Shown here piece by piece: positions 35,546 to 44,254 of a DNA stretch of 56,039 nucleotides. A program made the position numbers and the translations under genes. Location of the stretch: assembly GCA_003173895.1 (NCBI GenBank), contig PJMG01000003.1:1-56039 (forward strand). The letters are read 5' to 3'. The stretch's first letter is position 1; each line of letters opens with the position of its first letter. The notes beneath the pieces are model-generated. The model had not been told where the DNA came from. It searched no databases and saw only the letters and a program-made list of their open reading frames with translations. This stretch comes from Candidatus Levyibacteriota bacterium. Its GTDB lineage: Bacteria > Patescibacteriota > Microgenomatia > Levybacterales > UBA12049.

Positions 35546-36556
35546 ATGAAAAATAGCTCATACACCATCATTTTATTTTATAAATATACAGATATTGAAG
35601 ATCCTGAAAGATTTGCTCAAGAGCAAAGAATTATAGCTACTAAACTTGGTCTTAAAGGTCGATCTATAGTGGCTAAAGAGGGCTATAATGCTACATTTGA
35701 AGGTAAGAATGGAAATATTGAAAAATATATAGAAGAACTCTTAAAAGATCCTCGTTTTAAAGATACCCATTTTAAAAAAAGTGAAGGAACTGGCAGCGCT
35801 TTTCCAAAGCTTTCTATAAAAGTAAGGGAGGAAATTGTTTCTGCGGACTTAGGTAAGAGTGATATAAATCCTAGTAAAATGACTGGTAAATATATTACTG
35901 CAGAGCAGTTACATGACTTGATCCATTCAAATAAGGAATTTTATATAGTAGATATGCGAAATGATTATGAACAAAACGTAGGATTTTTTAAAAATTCTAT
36001 TCTTTCCGGGATGAAAAGCTTTCGGGATTTACCTAAAACTTTAGAAAAATTAAAAGATCTAAAAAATAAAACCATAGTGACTGTTTGTACTGGAGGGGTG
36101 AGATGTGAAAAAGCCTCTGGATTTTTAGTGGCAAATAATTTTAAAGATGTGTACCAACTTTACGGTGGAATAGTAACTTATATGGAAAAATATCCTAATG
36201 AAGATTTTCTAGGTTCTTTATATGTTTTTGATAATAGATTAGTGATGGGATTTAATATGGATGATCCAAAACGTGAAATTGTAGGTAAATGTTTTAAATG
36301 TGGTGCGCCTTCTGAAAATTTTATAAATTGTAAAGATGGTTATTGTCACAGACACTTTATAGCTTGTATTAAATGTCTAAAAGGTGAGGAGTCTATGTAC
36401 TGTCCTGTAAAGTGCAGAAATTATAAAAAAGAGCATAAAATTCCATTAAAAACTAAAATGGTTTTAGGAATGGATAAGTTTAGAACTAGGATATTTAATA
36501 CAAATCCTTTAAAGTTAGCTTTTCGTAATTTTTATACTTCTCTTATTTATTCTTAA
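35546..36556 (+). CDS. trhO: rhodanese-domain tRNA U34 hydroxylase TrhO (UPF0176/YceA)
   Basis: ILFYKY start, CTGGVRCEKAS rhodanese active-site loop, Cys-rich C-terminus. Confidence 0.8.
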   Translation: MKNSSYTIILFYKYTDIEDPERFAQEQRIIATKLGLKGRSIVAKEGYNATFEGKNGNIEKYIEELLKDPRFKDTHFKKSEGTGSAFPKLSIKVREEIVSADLGKSDINPSKMTGKYITAEQLHDLIHSNKEFYIVDMRNDYEQNVGFFKNSILSGMKSFRDLPKTLEKLKDLKNKTIVTVCTGGVRCEKASGFLVANNFKDVYQLYGGIVTYMEKYPNEDFLGSLYVFDNRLVMGFNMDDPKREIVGKCFKCGAPSENFINCKDGYCHRHFIACIKCLKGEESMYCPVKCRNYKKEHKIPLKTKMVLGMDKFRTRIFNTNPLKLAFRNFYTSLIYS

Positions 36557-36558
36557 TA

Positions 36559-36725
36559 AAGCTCATTGAAAGTACTTTTTAAACAGGCGTTCGCTAACTT
36601 TGTTTATAATTAAAATTATATTTCATCTCTCACTCGTGAAAGTTTGCTATTAGTTTAACATTGAAACATAAAATATTAAACAGCAAACTTCCAATGCTCT
36701 TTAAAGAGTACTATTCAATTCACTT
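36559..36725 (+). repeat. family A nested-hairpin element (A2)
   Basis: aagctcattgaaagtacttttt...ctcactcgtgaaagtttgct...agcaaacttcc aatgctc...; starts 2 nt after the trhO stop. Confidence 0.8.
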
Positions 36726-36776
36726 TCACTAAAGTTAAAAAACTACTCAATAAATTATTTTTATGATTCATTCTTA

Positions 36777-36812
36777 TTTATACTCCATACAAAATGCTGT
36801 ATACTAAATATG
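36777..36812 (+). promoter_or_regulatory. conserved ~32-nt promoter/operator-like motif (copy 2)
   Basis: tttatactccatacaaaatgctgtatactaa; TATACT lies 9 nt before the msrB ATG at 36815. Confidence 0.45.
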
Positions 36813-36814
36813 TT

Positions 36815-37210
36815 ATGGCAGATGATTTGAAGAATAAAACAGATAATTATTGGAAGGAAAAATTAACTCCTGAACAGTATTATACTCTTCGGGAAGAAGG
36901 GACAGAGTATCCATTCACAGGAAAATTTTATAATAATTTTGAAGATGGTATGTATCACTGCGCTGCTTGTAATGCAGCACTTTTTTCTTCAGATACTAAA
37001 TATGATAGTGGGTGTGGGTGGCCAGCTTTTAATGCTTCTTTAAAAGGCGCAGTAACATTTAAAGATGATTATCGTTTTGGAATGCATAGAATTGAAGTAA
37101 GATGCGCTAATTGTGATTCACATTTAGGACATGTATTTGATGATAGTTCTACTAAAACTGGGAAATGGTTTTGTATTAATTCTTCCTCATTAAATTTTGA
37201 CAAAAAATAG
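36815..37210 (+). CDS. msrB: peptide-methionine (R)-S-oxide reductase
   Basis: CAAC...GCGWPAF...RIEVRCANCDSHLGHVF; the upstream ATG at 36794 lies inside the conserved motif. Confidence 0.9.
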   Translation: MADDLKNKTDNYWKEKLTPEQYYTLREEGTEYPFTGKFYNNFEDGMYHCAACNAALFSSDTKYDSGCGWPAFNASLKGAVTFKDDYRFGMHRIEVRCANCDSHLGHVFDDSSTKTGKWFCINSSSLNFDKK

Positions 37211-37230
37211 ACATCTGTTAAAATGGTTGG

Positions 37231-38016
37231 ATGGTAAGAGAATTATTTAGAGCAGTAACCTCAAATTTTCTGCATGAAAATATTGGTAATTTAGATGAGA
37301 GTAATAATTTGCCAGAGTTATTTTCTAAACTTACTGAAGCATTAGGAGGACAAGTTAGAACTATTGTGGATCCTGAAACAGAAAAATTAATGTTTTCAGG
37401 CCCCACTATTATAGTAGCCAATCATGCTAGTTTTCCTCCTGTAATATTTAATTTTCTAAAAAAAACCACACAACGTGTTGGCCTTTTTATTAACGAATCT
37501 TTTAAAACTATATTAAATCTTAAATCAGAAACCCTAAGAAAAAATTTACTTTCTATTAGTTTAAAAAATCATAATTATATTTCTCCAGGTGGAATAGCAG
37601 AAATAGTTTTTCCAAGTAATATAAAAGATAGTAATAGAGAATTAGAAAATGGTAAATCTGCTGTAGAAGGTGTTAAAATTTTAGAAGAAGGCGGAATAGT
37701 AGTTATATTTCCTACAGGAGGAATAGGAAAAGATTGGTTTTCTGGTGTAGGTACCTTGATTAAATCCGTGAATAGAAAAGGTAAAAACGTTAATATAATT
37801 TTTGCTCATATAGATGGTACTAGTACTTTTGATACATTAAGGATTGGAATCCCTTCCAGACTTAGGAGAAGATTACCATCTTTTAAAGCTACAGTTTATT
37901 ATAAATATTTTTCTAACGGAAATAATTATAGATATGAAAGTAAAGAAGAAATAACAGCAGTTTTACATAAAGAATATGATGAATGGGCTAAAAATATTAA
38001 ATATGAAAAAGTTTAA
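37231..38016 (+). CDS. hypothetical protein, possible PlsC-like acyltransferase
   Basis: IVANHASFPP (NHxxxxD-like) and IFPTGGIG (FPEG-like) motifs; weak. Confidence 0.4.
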   Translation: MVRELFRAVTSNFLHENIGNLDESNNLPELFSKLTEALGGQVRTIVDPETEKLMFSGPTIIVANHASFPPVIFNFLKKTTQRVGLFINESFKTILNLKSETLRKNLLSISLKNHNYISPGGIAEIVFPSNIKDSNRELENGKSAVEGVKILEEGGIVVIFPTGGIGKDWFSGVGTLIKSVNRKGKNVNIIFAHIDGTSTFDTLRIGIPSRLRRRLPSFKATVYYKYFSNGNNYRYESKEEITAVLHKEYDEWAKNIKYEKV

Positions 38017-38797
38017 ACTAAATGTTTCTATTACTGATTTTGCTCCATTATTTGGGAATTTAGAATATTTATTTAAGGGGTTAAAAGAAACTGGAGTAGA
38101 TGGATTAGAAATTGTTTTAGGAATAAAATCTCGTTGGAGTGAAAATTATTTATTGAATCTTTCTAAAAAATATAATTTAGAAATTAATACATTTCATCAA
38201 TCAATGTGGTCTGGTGGAGGATTGTATTTAGATGAAGGGATGTTCCGCTTAGCTAAAAAAATAAATGTAAAGGGAATTACTATTCATCCATTAGTTTTTA
38301 GAAGTTTAAATTCTAATGCTACGGAAAAATATTTTAAGAAATTATCACTCTGGCAAAAAAAATATGGTATTAAACTTTTTTTAGAAAATATGCCTTCACG
38401 TTTTGGTGGCGCATTTGAATTTTTAAATAATTTTTATACTTTTACGAAAGATGTAGGTGATTTAGGTGAAATTTATAAAAAGGCCCAAGAATATGGATTT
38501 TTAATTACTTTTGACAGCACTCATTTTGATAATTATAAACCTCATGAGAATAAGGAATTTAAAGAAATATTTTCTAAAATAGGTAATATTCATTTAAGTA
38601 GTTTTGAGGGTAAAATAGAGCATTTACCCCTTAATAAAGGAAAATTTGATTCTAAAGGTTTTTTTAATTATTTAGATAAAAATAATTATAAAGGAATAAT
38701 TACTTTTGAAATTTATTATCCTAGTGTTATTAGTTTAGGTTATGATTTTAAGCCAATTAAAGAGTCAGTGGAAGTAGTTAGAAAGTTGGGATATTAG
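38003..38797 (+). CDS. sugar phosphate isomerase/epimerase (xylose isomerase-like TIM barrel)
   Basis: GVDGLEI, ITIHP, LFLENM, HLSSF pattern; start chosen at MKKFKL. Confidence 0.5.
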   Translation: MKKFKLNVSITDFAPLFGNLEYLFKGLKETGVDGLEIVLGIKSRWSENYLLNLSKKYNLEINTFHQSMWSGGGLYLDEGMFRLAKKINVKGITIHPLVFRSLNSNATEKYFKKLSLWQKKYGIKLFLENMPSRFGGAFEFLNNFYTFTKDVGDLGEIYKKAQEYGFLITFDSTHFDNYKPHENKEFKEIFSKIGNIHLSSFEGKIEHLPLNKGKFDSKGFFNYLDKNNYKGIITFEIYYPSVISLGYDFKPIKESVEVVRKLGY

Positions 38798-38817
38798 AGC
38801 TTGGTTTTAATATGCAT

Positions 38818-38981
38818 AAGCTCGCAGAATGTATTTTAAAAGCCGCTCGGAAACATGAATCTTAAATTAATATTAAATTGTCATTCTCGCTCGTGAAAGT
38901 TTACTACCAAAGTCAAAAAGAAATTTAAGAATATTAAACAGTAAACTTTCAATGCTGTTTAAAATACATATCTGCTCGCTC
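38818..38981 (+). repeat. family A nested-hairpin element (A3)
   Basis: Outer gcagaatgtattttaaaagc / gctgtttaaaatacatatctgc; inner tgaaagtttact / agtaaactttca; compensatory versus A1. Confidence 0.8.
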
Positions 38982-39040
38982 CTGTTTTTTTAAAAAATTG
39001 TAATTTAAAAATTGAAAATTTTTCTGTTATACTATTTCTG

Positions 39041-40306
39041 ATGTTAATTAAAAATTACTCCTCACTTAATACATCCCCTCAAAGAAAATTGGCTTTAGAT
39101 TTGATTGAAACTGCACTGGAATCAATTCAACCACGGAAAGTTTTAAAAAATAAAATAAAATTAGAAAATAATACTATAGAAATTGATAATAAAAAATATA
39201 ATTTATCTGATTTTGAACATATTTACATCGTGGGTTTTGGAAAGGGATCGTCAGGCGTTTGTAAATATTTAGAAAACTTGCTTGGTAATAAATTAACCAA
39301 AGGTTGGGATATAGATTTAGTTGATGAAAAATTTGAGAGTATTGAATATATTAAGGGAACACATCCATTACCTTCGCAAACTAATATCGATTATACGAAA
39401 AATGTAATTAAGAGTTTATCAGAATTGGGGGAAAATGATTTGGTTTTAGTAGTGATTTGTGGAGGAGGATCGGCGATGTTTGAAAGTCCTGTTTTACCTC
39501 TGGAAAAACTCGATGAATTGGGTCGAGAAATGTTACGCTCAGGTGCTGATATTAAGGAATTAAATATAGTTCGTAAACATTTATCATTAGTTAAAGGTGG
39601 AGGATTAGCTAAACTTTTAGATCCAGCCAAAATTGTTTCACTTATATTTTCAGATGTGCCTGGAAATGATTTCTCTACTATTGCTTCCGGCCCGACTACT
39701 ATTGATCCATATAATAAAAATGACGCCATTGAAATTCTTAAAAAATATAATATTACTTTAATAAATGAAGAGGATTTAATTGATTTACCAAAAGCTAAGG
39801 AATATTTTGAAAGAGTTGATAATATTTTAATTGTCAGCAATCTTACAGCTTTAAATGCAATGATGGAAAAGATTAAGAGTGAAAGATTAAGAGCTAAAAT
39901 TTTAAGTTATAAATTTACAGGAGATGCGAAAGTTGTTGGTAAAAAATTAATTGAAGAATGTAAAGATAATGAAATTCTACTCGCGGCAGGAGAAACTACA
40001 GTGGATGTAAAAGGAAAAGGAACTGGTGGAAGAAATCAAACTTTAGTTTTAGCTAGTTTTCCATTTCTGGATTCTAAAACTTTAATTTGTTCTTTTGGAA
40101 CTGATGGATGGGATTTTTATGGATATGCGGGAGCTATAGGTGATGAAGAAACGATGGAAAAAGCTAAAAAAGCTTCGCTTGATTTTCAAAAATATTTAGA
40201 CGATGATAATAGTTATGAGTTTTTTAAACTCATAGGGGATGGAATTGATACAGGGAAATTAGAATCAAATGTGTCGGACATAATGATGGTAATAAAAGGT
40301 AACTAA
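39041..40306 (+). CDS. glycerate 2-kinase (DUF4147/MOFRL family)
   Basis: GFGKGS, CGGGSAMFE, LSLVKGGGLA, GTDGWD motifs. Confidence 0.8.
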   Translation: MLIKNYSSLNTSPQRKLALDLIETALESIQPRKVLKNKIKLENNTIEIDNKKYNLSDFEHIYIVGFGKGSSGVCKYLENLLGNKLTKGWDIDLVDEKFESIEYIKGTHPLPSQTNIDYTKNVIKSLSELGENDLVLVVICGGGSAMFESPVLPLEKLDELGREMLRSGADIKELNIVRKHLSLVKGGGLAKLLDPAKIVSLIFSDVPGNDFSTIASGPTTIDPYNKNDAIEILKKYNITLINEEDLIDLPKAKEYFERVDNILIVSNLTALNAMMEKIKSERLRAKILSYKFTGDAKVVGKKLIEECKDNEILLAAGETTVDVKGKGTGGRNQTLVLASFPFLDSKTLICSFGTDGWDFYGYAGAIGDEETMEKAKKASLDFQKYLDDDNSYEFFKLIGDGIDTGKLESNVSDIMMVIKGN

Positions 40307-40337
40307 GCTCATTGAAAGTACTTTTCAACTCGCTTAA
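40305..40337 (+). repeat. collapsed (solo) family A element
   Basis: aagctcattgaaagtacttttcaactcgcttaa equals the A1 5' end fused to the A1 3' end across aagtactt. Confidence 0.7.
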
Positions 40338-40375
40338 TTTATCTAAAAATTTAAAATTTGTTATTTAAAATTATT

Positions 40376-41275
40376 ATGGATACTTTAACACCGGAAAAAG
40401 TTTTAGACTTAAAATTAAAAGCTAATAGAATTAGAGAGTTAATTATAAATATGTTAGTTAAAGCAGGTAGTGGTCACAGTGGGGGGCCGCTCGGAATGAC
40501 TGATATTTTTACTGCGATGTATTTTCATATTTTGAATCATGATCCTAAAAATCCACTTATGCCGGATCGTGATCGACTAGTTTTATCCAATGGACATATT
40601 TGTCCAGTCCAATATGCGACATTGGCGCTTGCTGGATATTTCCCGTTAGAAGAATTAGATACTCTGCGAAAAATTAATTCTAGACTTCAGGGTCATCCTC
40701 ATCGAGGAACGCTCCCAGGATTAGAAACTACTTCTGGACCCCTAGGTGAAGGATTATCTCAAGGGATTGGTATGGCCTTAGCTGGAAAAATGGATAAGAA
40801 AGATTATCATGTTTATGTTTTAACTTCAGATGGTGAACATCAGGAAGGAAATACTTGGGAAGCGATGATGATGGCAGCGAAATATAAATTAGATAATTTA
40901 ACTGTAGTAATAGATCGAAATAGAATTCAAATAGATGGTGATACAGAAAAAGTTATGCCATTAGATCCATTTAGCGATAAATATAAAGCATTTAATTTCG
41001 AGGTTTTTGAAATTCCAGGCAATGACATTCAACTTTTTATAGAAACAGTAGAAAATGCTAAACAGGTTAAAAATAGTCCTACTGTTATTATTGCTGATAC
41101 TATTCCTGGTAAAGGTGTAAGTTATATGGAAAATAATTATATTTGGCACGGAATTCCACCTGATTTGCAGGATGTACCAGGTGCACCTAAAAAAGGTGAA
41201 CAAGCTAAGGTAGCGTTAGAAGAATTAGGAAAAATTGAAGAAAGTTTAAAAAGGGAAGGAGGCATATCTAATTAA
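40376..41275 (+). CDS. transketolase, N-terminal subunit
   Basis: GHSGGPLGMTDI, SNGH, GPLGEG, LTSDGE ThDP-binding motifs. Confidence 0.9.
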   Translation: MDTLTPEKVLDLKLKANRIRELIINMLVKAGSGHSGGPLGMTDIFTAMYFHILNHDPKNPLMPDRDRLVLSNGHICPVQYATLALAGYFPLEELDTLRKINSRLQGHPHRGTLPGLETTSGPLGEGLSQGIGMALAGKMDKKDYHVYVLTSDGEHQEGNTWEAMMMAAKYKLDNLTVVIDRNRIQIDGDTEKVMPLDPFSDKYKAFNFEVFEIPGNDIQLFIETVENAKQVKNSPTVIIADTIPGKGVSYMENNYIWHGIPPDLQDVPGAPKKGEQAKVALEELGKIEESLKREGGISN

Positions 41276-41288
41276 TGAGTAATGCTTG

Positions 41289-41427
41289 AGAGTTAGCTTT
41301 TCACAATTTTTCGACACGCTCGCTCCAAGATCGCTAATGGAATTTTCTCACCAAAGTTTGTTACTGATTTTATAACTTAATATTAAGAGAAAATTTCAAA
41401 TGTCTTAAAATTGAAAAAACTAACTCT
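41289..41427 (+). repeat. family A' nested-hairpin element (A'3) between the tkt halves
   Basis: agagttagcttttcacaatttttcgaca / tgtcttaaaattgaaaaaactaactct; inner ggaattttctc / gagaaaatttc. Confidence 0.85.
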
Positions 41428-41461
41428 TTAAATACTTGATGTTTTAATTAAAAATTAATAT

Positions 41462-42463
41462 ATGTTAAATCCTAAATATAAATTAAATCCTAAAATTTTT
41501 GACACTGATGTGGAAATAAATCCTACGAGGGCGGGGTTTGGTGAGGGATTATTAGAATTAGGAGATAAAAATCCTAATATCGTCGGATTAACTGCGGATC
41601 TTTCAGAATCTACTAAAGCGGATAAATTTGAAAAAAAATATCCTGATAGATTTTTTGATGTAGGGGTAGCAGAGCAGGATATGGCAGCAGTAGCAGCTGG
41701 TCTAGCAGTTTCTGGTAAAATTCCTTTTATCTCATCTTATGCTACATTTAGCCCAGGGAAAAATTGGGAAACGATCAGAACTACCATTATTTATAATAAA
41801 GCGAATGTAAAAATAGCAGGACATCATTCAGGAGTCATGACTGGACCTGATGGATGTACTCATCAAGCCACAGAGGATATTGCCTCAGTTCGTTCTTGGC
41901 CGGGACTAAATATCATAGTTCCTTGCGATAGTATCGAAGCTAAAAAAGCCACGATAATTGCCGGTGATACTGAAGGGCCATTCTATTTAAGATTTAGTCG
42001 TGACAAATCTGCTGTTATGACTACCGATGAAACGCCATTTGAATTCGGGAAAATGGCGAATTTTTGGATTCCTGATTCGCCAGCTGGCGAACCTCAAGTT
42101 ACTATTTTTGCTATGGGTTACATGCTTTATTATGCACTTTTAGCTGCGAAAGAATTAGAAACTGAGGGAATTCAAACTTTGGTGGTAAATGCTCCTACCA
42201 TAAAGCCATTTGACACTGAAGGTTTGCTGGAATTCACCAAAATTTCTAGAGCTGTGGTGACAGTGGAGGATCACCAAGTTATGGGAGGATTAGGGGGAGT
42301 GATTGCGGAATATTTATCTAAAAGTACGCCTTTACCTATGGAGATGGTAGCGCTTCAAGATACTTTCGCAGAATCTGGTAAACCAAAAGAATTATTGGCT
42401 AAATATCACATGGATGTTCCAGATATTAAAGAAGCAGTGAAAAAAATTATTGGGAGAAAATAG
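41462..42463 (+). CDS. transketolase, C-terminal subunit
   Basis: FDVGVAEQDM, pyrimidine-binding and C-terminal domains. Confidence 0.9.
   Translation: MLNPKYKLNPKIFDTDVEINPTRAGFGEGLLELGDKNPNIVGLTADLSESTKADKFEKKYPDRFFDVGVAEQDMAAVAAGLAVSGKIPFISSYATFSPGKNWETIRTTIIYNKANVKIAGHHSGVMTGPDGCTHQATEDIASVRSWPGLNIIVPCDSIEAKKATIIAGDTEGPFYLRFSRDKSAVMTTDETPFEFGKMANFWIPDSPAGEPQVTIFAMGYMLYYALLAAKELETEGIQTLVVNAPTIKPFDTEGLLEFTKISRAVVTVEDHQVMGGLGGVIAEYLSKSTPLPMEMVALQDTFAESGKPKELLAKYHMDVPDIKEAVKKIIGRK
42076..42091. repeat. family D palindrome variant (D6) in frame in tktC
   Basis: ttcgccagctggcgaa translated DSPAGEP. Confidence 0.75.
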
Positions 42464-42481
42464 GGGTAATATTTTGATTTC

Positions 42482-42587
42482 GGGGTCCTGCCGGTTGTTT
42501 CCCTCCCGAAGGTGCTCGCAATGGGGTTAATTCTGATGAATTAAAATGCTGCGCACCATCGAGAACCCTTCCAACAACCGTCACCCC
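42482..42587 (+). repeat. family B structured element (B4), candidate 5' leader RNA
   Basis: GGGGTCCTGCCGGTTGTT...AACAACCGTCACCCC; GGTGC/GCACC and AATTC-TGAT-GAATT inner stems; TAATAT box 9 nt upstream. Confidence 0.8.
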
Positions 42588-42597
42588 TTGGAAAATT

Positions 42598-44253
42598 ATG
42601 AATAATAATTTATTACAAGAACTTAAGGAATTAATTAAAGGTGATGTAGATACTTCAGCAGAAACTATAAATACTTTTTCCCACGATGCTTCTATTTTCG
42701 AATTAAAACCTCAAGCTGTAGTTTTCCCTAAAGATAACCGAGATGTAGAAGCCATTGTTTCTTTTGTCTCTAAAAATAAAAAGAAATATCCAGAATTATT
42801 TTTAACTGGTCGTTCGGCAGGAACTGACATGGGAGGAGGATCTATAAATACAGGAATTACTGTGGCCTTTGGAAAATATATGAATAAATTTTTAGGTTGG
42901 GATGGAGATTCAGCTTCTGCTCAGCCAGGAATGTTTTATCGTGATTTTGAAAAAGAAACATTGAAGAAAAATCTAATTTTTCCCTCATATCCAGCTAGTC
43001 GTGAGATTTGTGCCATTGGTGGAATAGTAAATAATAACTCAGGTGGTGAAAAATCTCTAAGATATGGGAAAACTGAGAATTATGTAAAAAAAATTAAAAT
43101 AGTTCTGCGCGATGGGAAGGAATATACGATTGAATCTCTTTCAGAAAAAAAGTTAAAGGAAAAAATGAAAGAAAAAACTTTACTGGGTGATATTTATAAA
43201 CAGTTATTTGAGTTGATCTCTAAAAATGATGATGAACTACAGAAAGCTAAACCGAAAGTTTCTAAAAATTCTGCAGGATATTATTTATGGAATGTTTGGG
43301 ATAAAGAAAAAGGTGTTTTTAATCTGAATAAGCTTATTGTCGGAGCACAAGGAACTTTGGGTTTAGTAACTGAAGCTGAGTTAGAATTAGTTCCAGTTCA
43401 TAAACATCGAGAAATGGAAGTGATTTTTCTCCATGATATGTCACATCTAGGTCAAATTATCGATGCAGTTTTACCACTAAAACCTGAGAGTTTTGAGAGT
43501 TATGATGATAATACTCTAAAATTAGCTCTTCGTTATTTTCCAGAATTTATTCATCAATTAGGAATAAGTGGAATGATAGAAGCAGGCTTAGCATTCTTTC
43601 CAGCTTTTATGGAAATGATGGTAGGGAAGTTGCCAAAACTTATTCTCCAGGTTGATTTTACAGGTGATGATCCAGATGAATTAAAACAGAAAATCGCTAC
43701 CTTGCGCGAGAAGTTAAAACCACTACATCCTGTAACTAGAGTTTCTGTGGATGATCAGGAGAAAAAATATTGGCTTGTTCGTCGTGAAAGTTTTAATTTA
43801 CTTCGTAATAAAATTCGCAATAAACACACAGCGCCTTTTATAGATGATTTTGCTATAAATCCTAAAGATATAGCAGAGGTTTTACCACAAGTTACCAGCA
43901 TATTAAGTAAACATAAAGAATTTATTTTTACAGTAGCTGGACATGTAGGTGATGGAAATTTTCATATTATTCCGTTGGTAGATATTACTAATCCTAAAGT
44001 CAGAACTTTAATTCCAGAAATAGCCAAGCAAGTTTACGAAGTAATTATAAAATATCATGGGACTATTACTGCTGAACATAATGATGGTTTGATTCGCACT
44101 CCATATTTAAAACAAATGTATGGTGAAAAGATTTATAAATTATTTATAGAAACAAAAAAAATATTTGATCCTGATAATATTTTTAATCCTAGAAAGAAAA
44201 TTGATTTAGATGATATTCACTTCGGCATGCAGCACATAAGAGAGAACTGGTAA
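42598..44253 (+). CDS. FAD-binding oxidoreductase (GlcD / D-lactate dehydrogenase family)
   Basis: FAD_binding_4-type N-domain (GRSAGTDMGGGS), C-terminal HVGDGNFH..AEHNDG. Confidence 0.8.
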   Translation: MNNNLLQELKELIKGDVDTSAETINTFSHDASIFELKPQAVVFPKDNRDVEAIVSFVSKNKKKYPELFLTGRSAGTDMGGGSINTGITVAFGKYMNKFLGWDGDSASAQPGMFYRDFEKETLKKNLIFPSYPASREICAIGGIVNNNSGGEKSLRYGKTENYVKKIKIVLRDGKEYTIESLSEKKLKEKMKEKTLLGDIYKQLFELISKNDDELQKAKPKVSKNSAGYYLWNVWDKEKGVFNLNKLIVGAQGTLGLVTEAELELVPVHKHREMEVIFLHDMSHLGQIIDAVLPLKPESFESYDDNTLKLALRYFPEFIHQLGISGMIEAGLAFFPAFMEMMVGKLPKLILQVDFTGDDPDELKQKIATLREKLKPLHPVTRVSVDDQEKKYWLVRRESFNLLRNKIRNKHTAPFIDDFAINPKDIAEVLPQVTSILSKHKEFIFTVAGHVGDGNFHIIPLVDITNPKVRTLIPEIAKQVYEVIIKYHGTITAEHNDGLIRTPYLKQMYGEKIYKLFIETKKIFDPDNIFNPRKKIDLDDIHFGMQHIRENW

Positions 44254-44254
44254 T

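Noticed and set aside
37976-38002. Upstream start for the TIM-barrel ORF, overlapping ORF 37231 by 41 nt
   Set aside because: The internal ATG at 38003 (MKKFKL) gives a shorter 14-nt overlap and a more typical N-terminus. The choice remains uncertain.
42533-42539. CUGAUGA hammerhead-like box inside B4
   Set aside because: The final A is not conserved in B2 (CTGATGC), and the bases form the loop and 3' arm of a covarying hairpin. There is no GAAA/stem III arrangement.
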